NCBI RefSeq assembly: GCF_001194135.2
Contig: NC_069006.1
Span: 17,645,712-17,709,711 of the forward strand
Reading direction: 5' to 3'
Source: Octopus bimaculoides
Lineage: Eukaryota
DNA length: 64,000 nt
Shown piece by piece: positions 61,853 to 64,000 of the stretch. The stretch's first letter is position 1. The number at the start of each line of letters is the position of its first letter. The notes under the pieces were generated by a model. The model was not told the DNA's origin. It made no database searches and saw only the letters and a list, made by a program, of their open reading frames with translations. The position numbers and the translations under genes are program-made.

Positions 61853-62762
61853 ACATCATCATCATTAATTGTTGGCTTGACAGTTTATGTTTCTCTAAGA
61901 AATAATTGTTCAATCTGAATGTTAGGCATTAATTAGTAAAAATATGAATGCTTATGTTTAGTTTGCCATATTTACTGAGGTATAAAACGCACTCTTACAA
62001 AGACAAACTCTTATTTTCTTTTAGGAAAAAAAGGTATATTTTTGTGGAGAGAAACAAATTTAATGTTTCCTCACACACTCAGTATCCCATTTGTAATATA
62101 GTTGCATTAGACACATGGCAATTATTTTATTCCATTTAAGAATAAAAAAAAGTGCATCTTATACACGGGCGTATATAGTTGTTAGAATTTGTCGTGGATA
62201 TTTGTTGATTAAATGCTGGGGCCAAAAGGGAGTTTATAGTGGAATAATAGGGCAACTGTTTAGCATATGATTAGGAAGAGATGTTGTCACAGAAGACCTG
62301 ATGTGTTTCTGTACCAGTAATTATCAGGTTTATCAATGATCAATATCAACCAGTTGGATGACTGTCTTTTAGTTGTGTTTTAAAATGTTTATGTGTATAT
62401 GTAACAACACTGACTTAGATATGGGAGCAGTTCACCAACCAGCTTTCGCAAAGTTTTAGTGACTGATCAAAACTAAAGTATATCCTGGTTAGTATTTTAG
62501 CTGCAATTTCAGCAGTGTTGGTGTGTGTGTGTATGTATAAATATATATATATAGATATTGCTATATATGTGATATATGTGATATTGCCTTAGAATATTGT
62601 GGTGATATCACCATGGCGTCTTCTGTTGCAATTGGGCCATGCTTTTTGTTTGGAGGATATCTTCTCTTTCTCCAAGAAGTCTTGGAGGCCAAGCATTGCC
62701 CTTGCCTCCTGACTAAGCAATATGTGTGTGTGTGTTTTAAAAAAAGAGAGAAACCAAGGAAT

Positions 62763-62798
<36 letters not shown>

Positions 62799-62964
62799 GG
62801 GAGATCAAAAATAAAGACAAAAGTCAAAAGGACATAGACAGTGAATGTATTAGGCTGACACTCAGTTTAGGATGGAGAAAGGAGTGGGGTGGGTGACATT
62901 TCGTCAGAAAGTGGAAAGGTCTGGAGAGAAAGTAAAGAAAAGCATGTTTCGAGATCACTCTATT

Positions 62965-63170
62965 CTTCACCTTTCCATGCTTGCTTGAGTTACATAGCAT
63001 TTACTGAGGCAGATTTTTTACAGCTGAATTCCCTCGTTATTGCCAACCCTCACCAGGTGATATTTCCTCATGGCCTAATGTTTTATCGCAGGATATAGAA
63101 AATGAATAACATTGCTTGTGTGTGACAGTGAAACTCATTTACAGCTGTCATGTGATGTCAAGACATGGAC
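62965..63170 (-). mobile_element. A2-type SINE tail fragment
   Basis: TTTCCATGCTTGC...GCAGATTTTTTACAGCTG...TTGCCAACCCTCACC...ACAGCTGTCATGTGATGTCAAG is the reverse complement of the 10870-11100 tail. Confidence 0.6.
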
Positions 63171-63267
63171 ATGCAAACATGCACACAGTAACACAGTAAC
63201 ACATACATTCATTTGTATCGATGTATGTAATAGACTCGTAAGTATTTAAGTATGTATGCATCATTGG

Positions 63268-63582
63268 CATCATCATTTAAGGTCCATGGTTCATGCTGGC
63301 TTGGGTTGTACAGTTTGACAGGATCTGATGTATCCAAGGATTGCATCAGTCACCAGTGTCTACTTTGGCATGGCAGACCCTGGAGCAGAATGCAGTCCTT
63401 GGGCCCATCAGGGTTTTTTTTTTTTAATTTTTAAAAAATTTCTGTCTACCAAATCCACTCACAAGGCTTTGGTCAACCTGGGCTTATAGCAGAAGGCTCT
63501 TGCTCAAAGCACCACACAGTGGGACTGAACCTGAAACCATATGGTTGGGGAGCAAACTTCTTAACCACACAGCCATGCCTGG
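63268..63582 (-). mobile_element. RTE-like 3' end (63268-63400) next to a SINE-A 5' half (63438-63582)
   Basis: CATCATCATTTAAGGTCCATGGTTCATGCTGGCTTGGGTTG...; TTTCTGTCTACCAAATCCACTCACAAGGCTTTGG...CTTAACCACACAGCCATGCC. Confidence 0.7.
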
Positions 63583-64000
63583 TGTGTTTATGTTGTTGAA
63601 AGGAACTATAATTGTCTTGTGACTCCTCCTTCATTGAACATTGAAGGATGTCTTTGTTTTTTTATGTCTCTGTTCACAGAAGCTGTGGTGTTTACTCCTG
63701 TAGTGAGGTCTGTGACAAGTATAAGCTGGTTGGAATATCAAAGTATCTGGCAGTTTCTAGTTTTATACATCTCTCTCTCTCTCTCTCTCTCTCTCACTCG
63801 CTCATGTAATTTCCTTATCAATATTTATCAGGAATGGAAATTTTTCAATTAATGACCCCCAATCCTCGCCTACTCGCTCTTTTATCTCTTTTTTTTTTAT
63901 TTTTCACTCCACTCCCCCTCACTGTTATTTTTGTTTGTAATTTTCCTGTATGAAGTTTCCAATTGTTAAAGCTAAGGCGTGGGGTGGGGGGGAGTTCTCT

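Overview
AT-rich, repeat-dense eukaryotic DNA from a gapped draft assembly (about 15 N-runs). It is dominated by tRNA-derived SINE-like retroposons, microsatellites, small DNA-transposon derivatives and decayed non-LTR retrotransposon fragments. The repeat families resemble, from memory, those of octopus genomes (the published octopus tRNA-SINEs are OK/OR1/OR2); the species call is an inference, and I use neutral labels A-E rather than one-to-one family names. I found no supportable host-gene exon, RNA gene or prokaryotic system. Almost every ORF in the track is a microsatellite, N-gap or SINE artefact. The only convincing protein-coding remnants are: (1) the C-terminus of an R4/Dong-type restriction-like-endonuclease element in an (ATT/TAA)n tract at 61005-61373 (-); (2) a pseudogenised RTE-clade C-terminus at 54470-54950 (-); (3) a more decayed RTE-like fragment at about 28250-28500 (+). 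The interesting signal is the retroposon ecology. SINE-B sits preferentially in (ATT)n tracts and builds head-to-tail arrays. A young SINE-B variant has landed twice at the same motif inside SINE-A copies. SINE-A heads carry interchangeable 3' tails, one of them shared with the RTE LINE. Nested insertions with readable target-site duplications occur, and new minisatellites are forming inside or at the ends of elements. Boundaries of decayed copies were read by eye and are approximate (about 10-20 bp).
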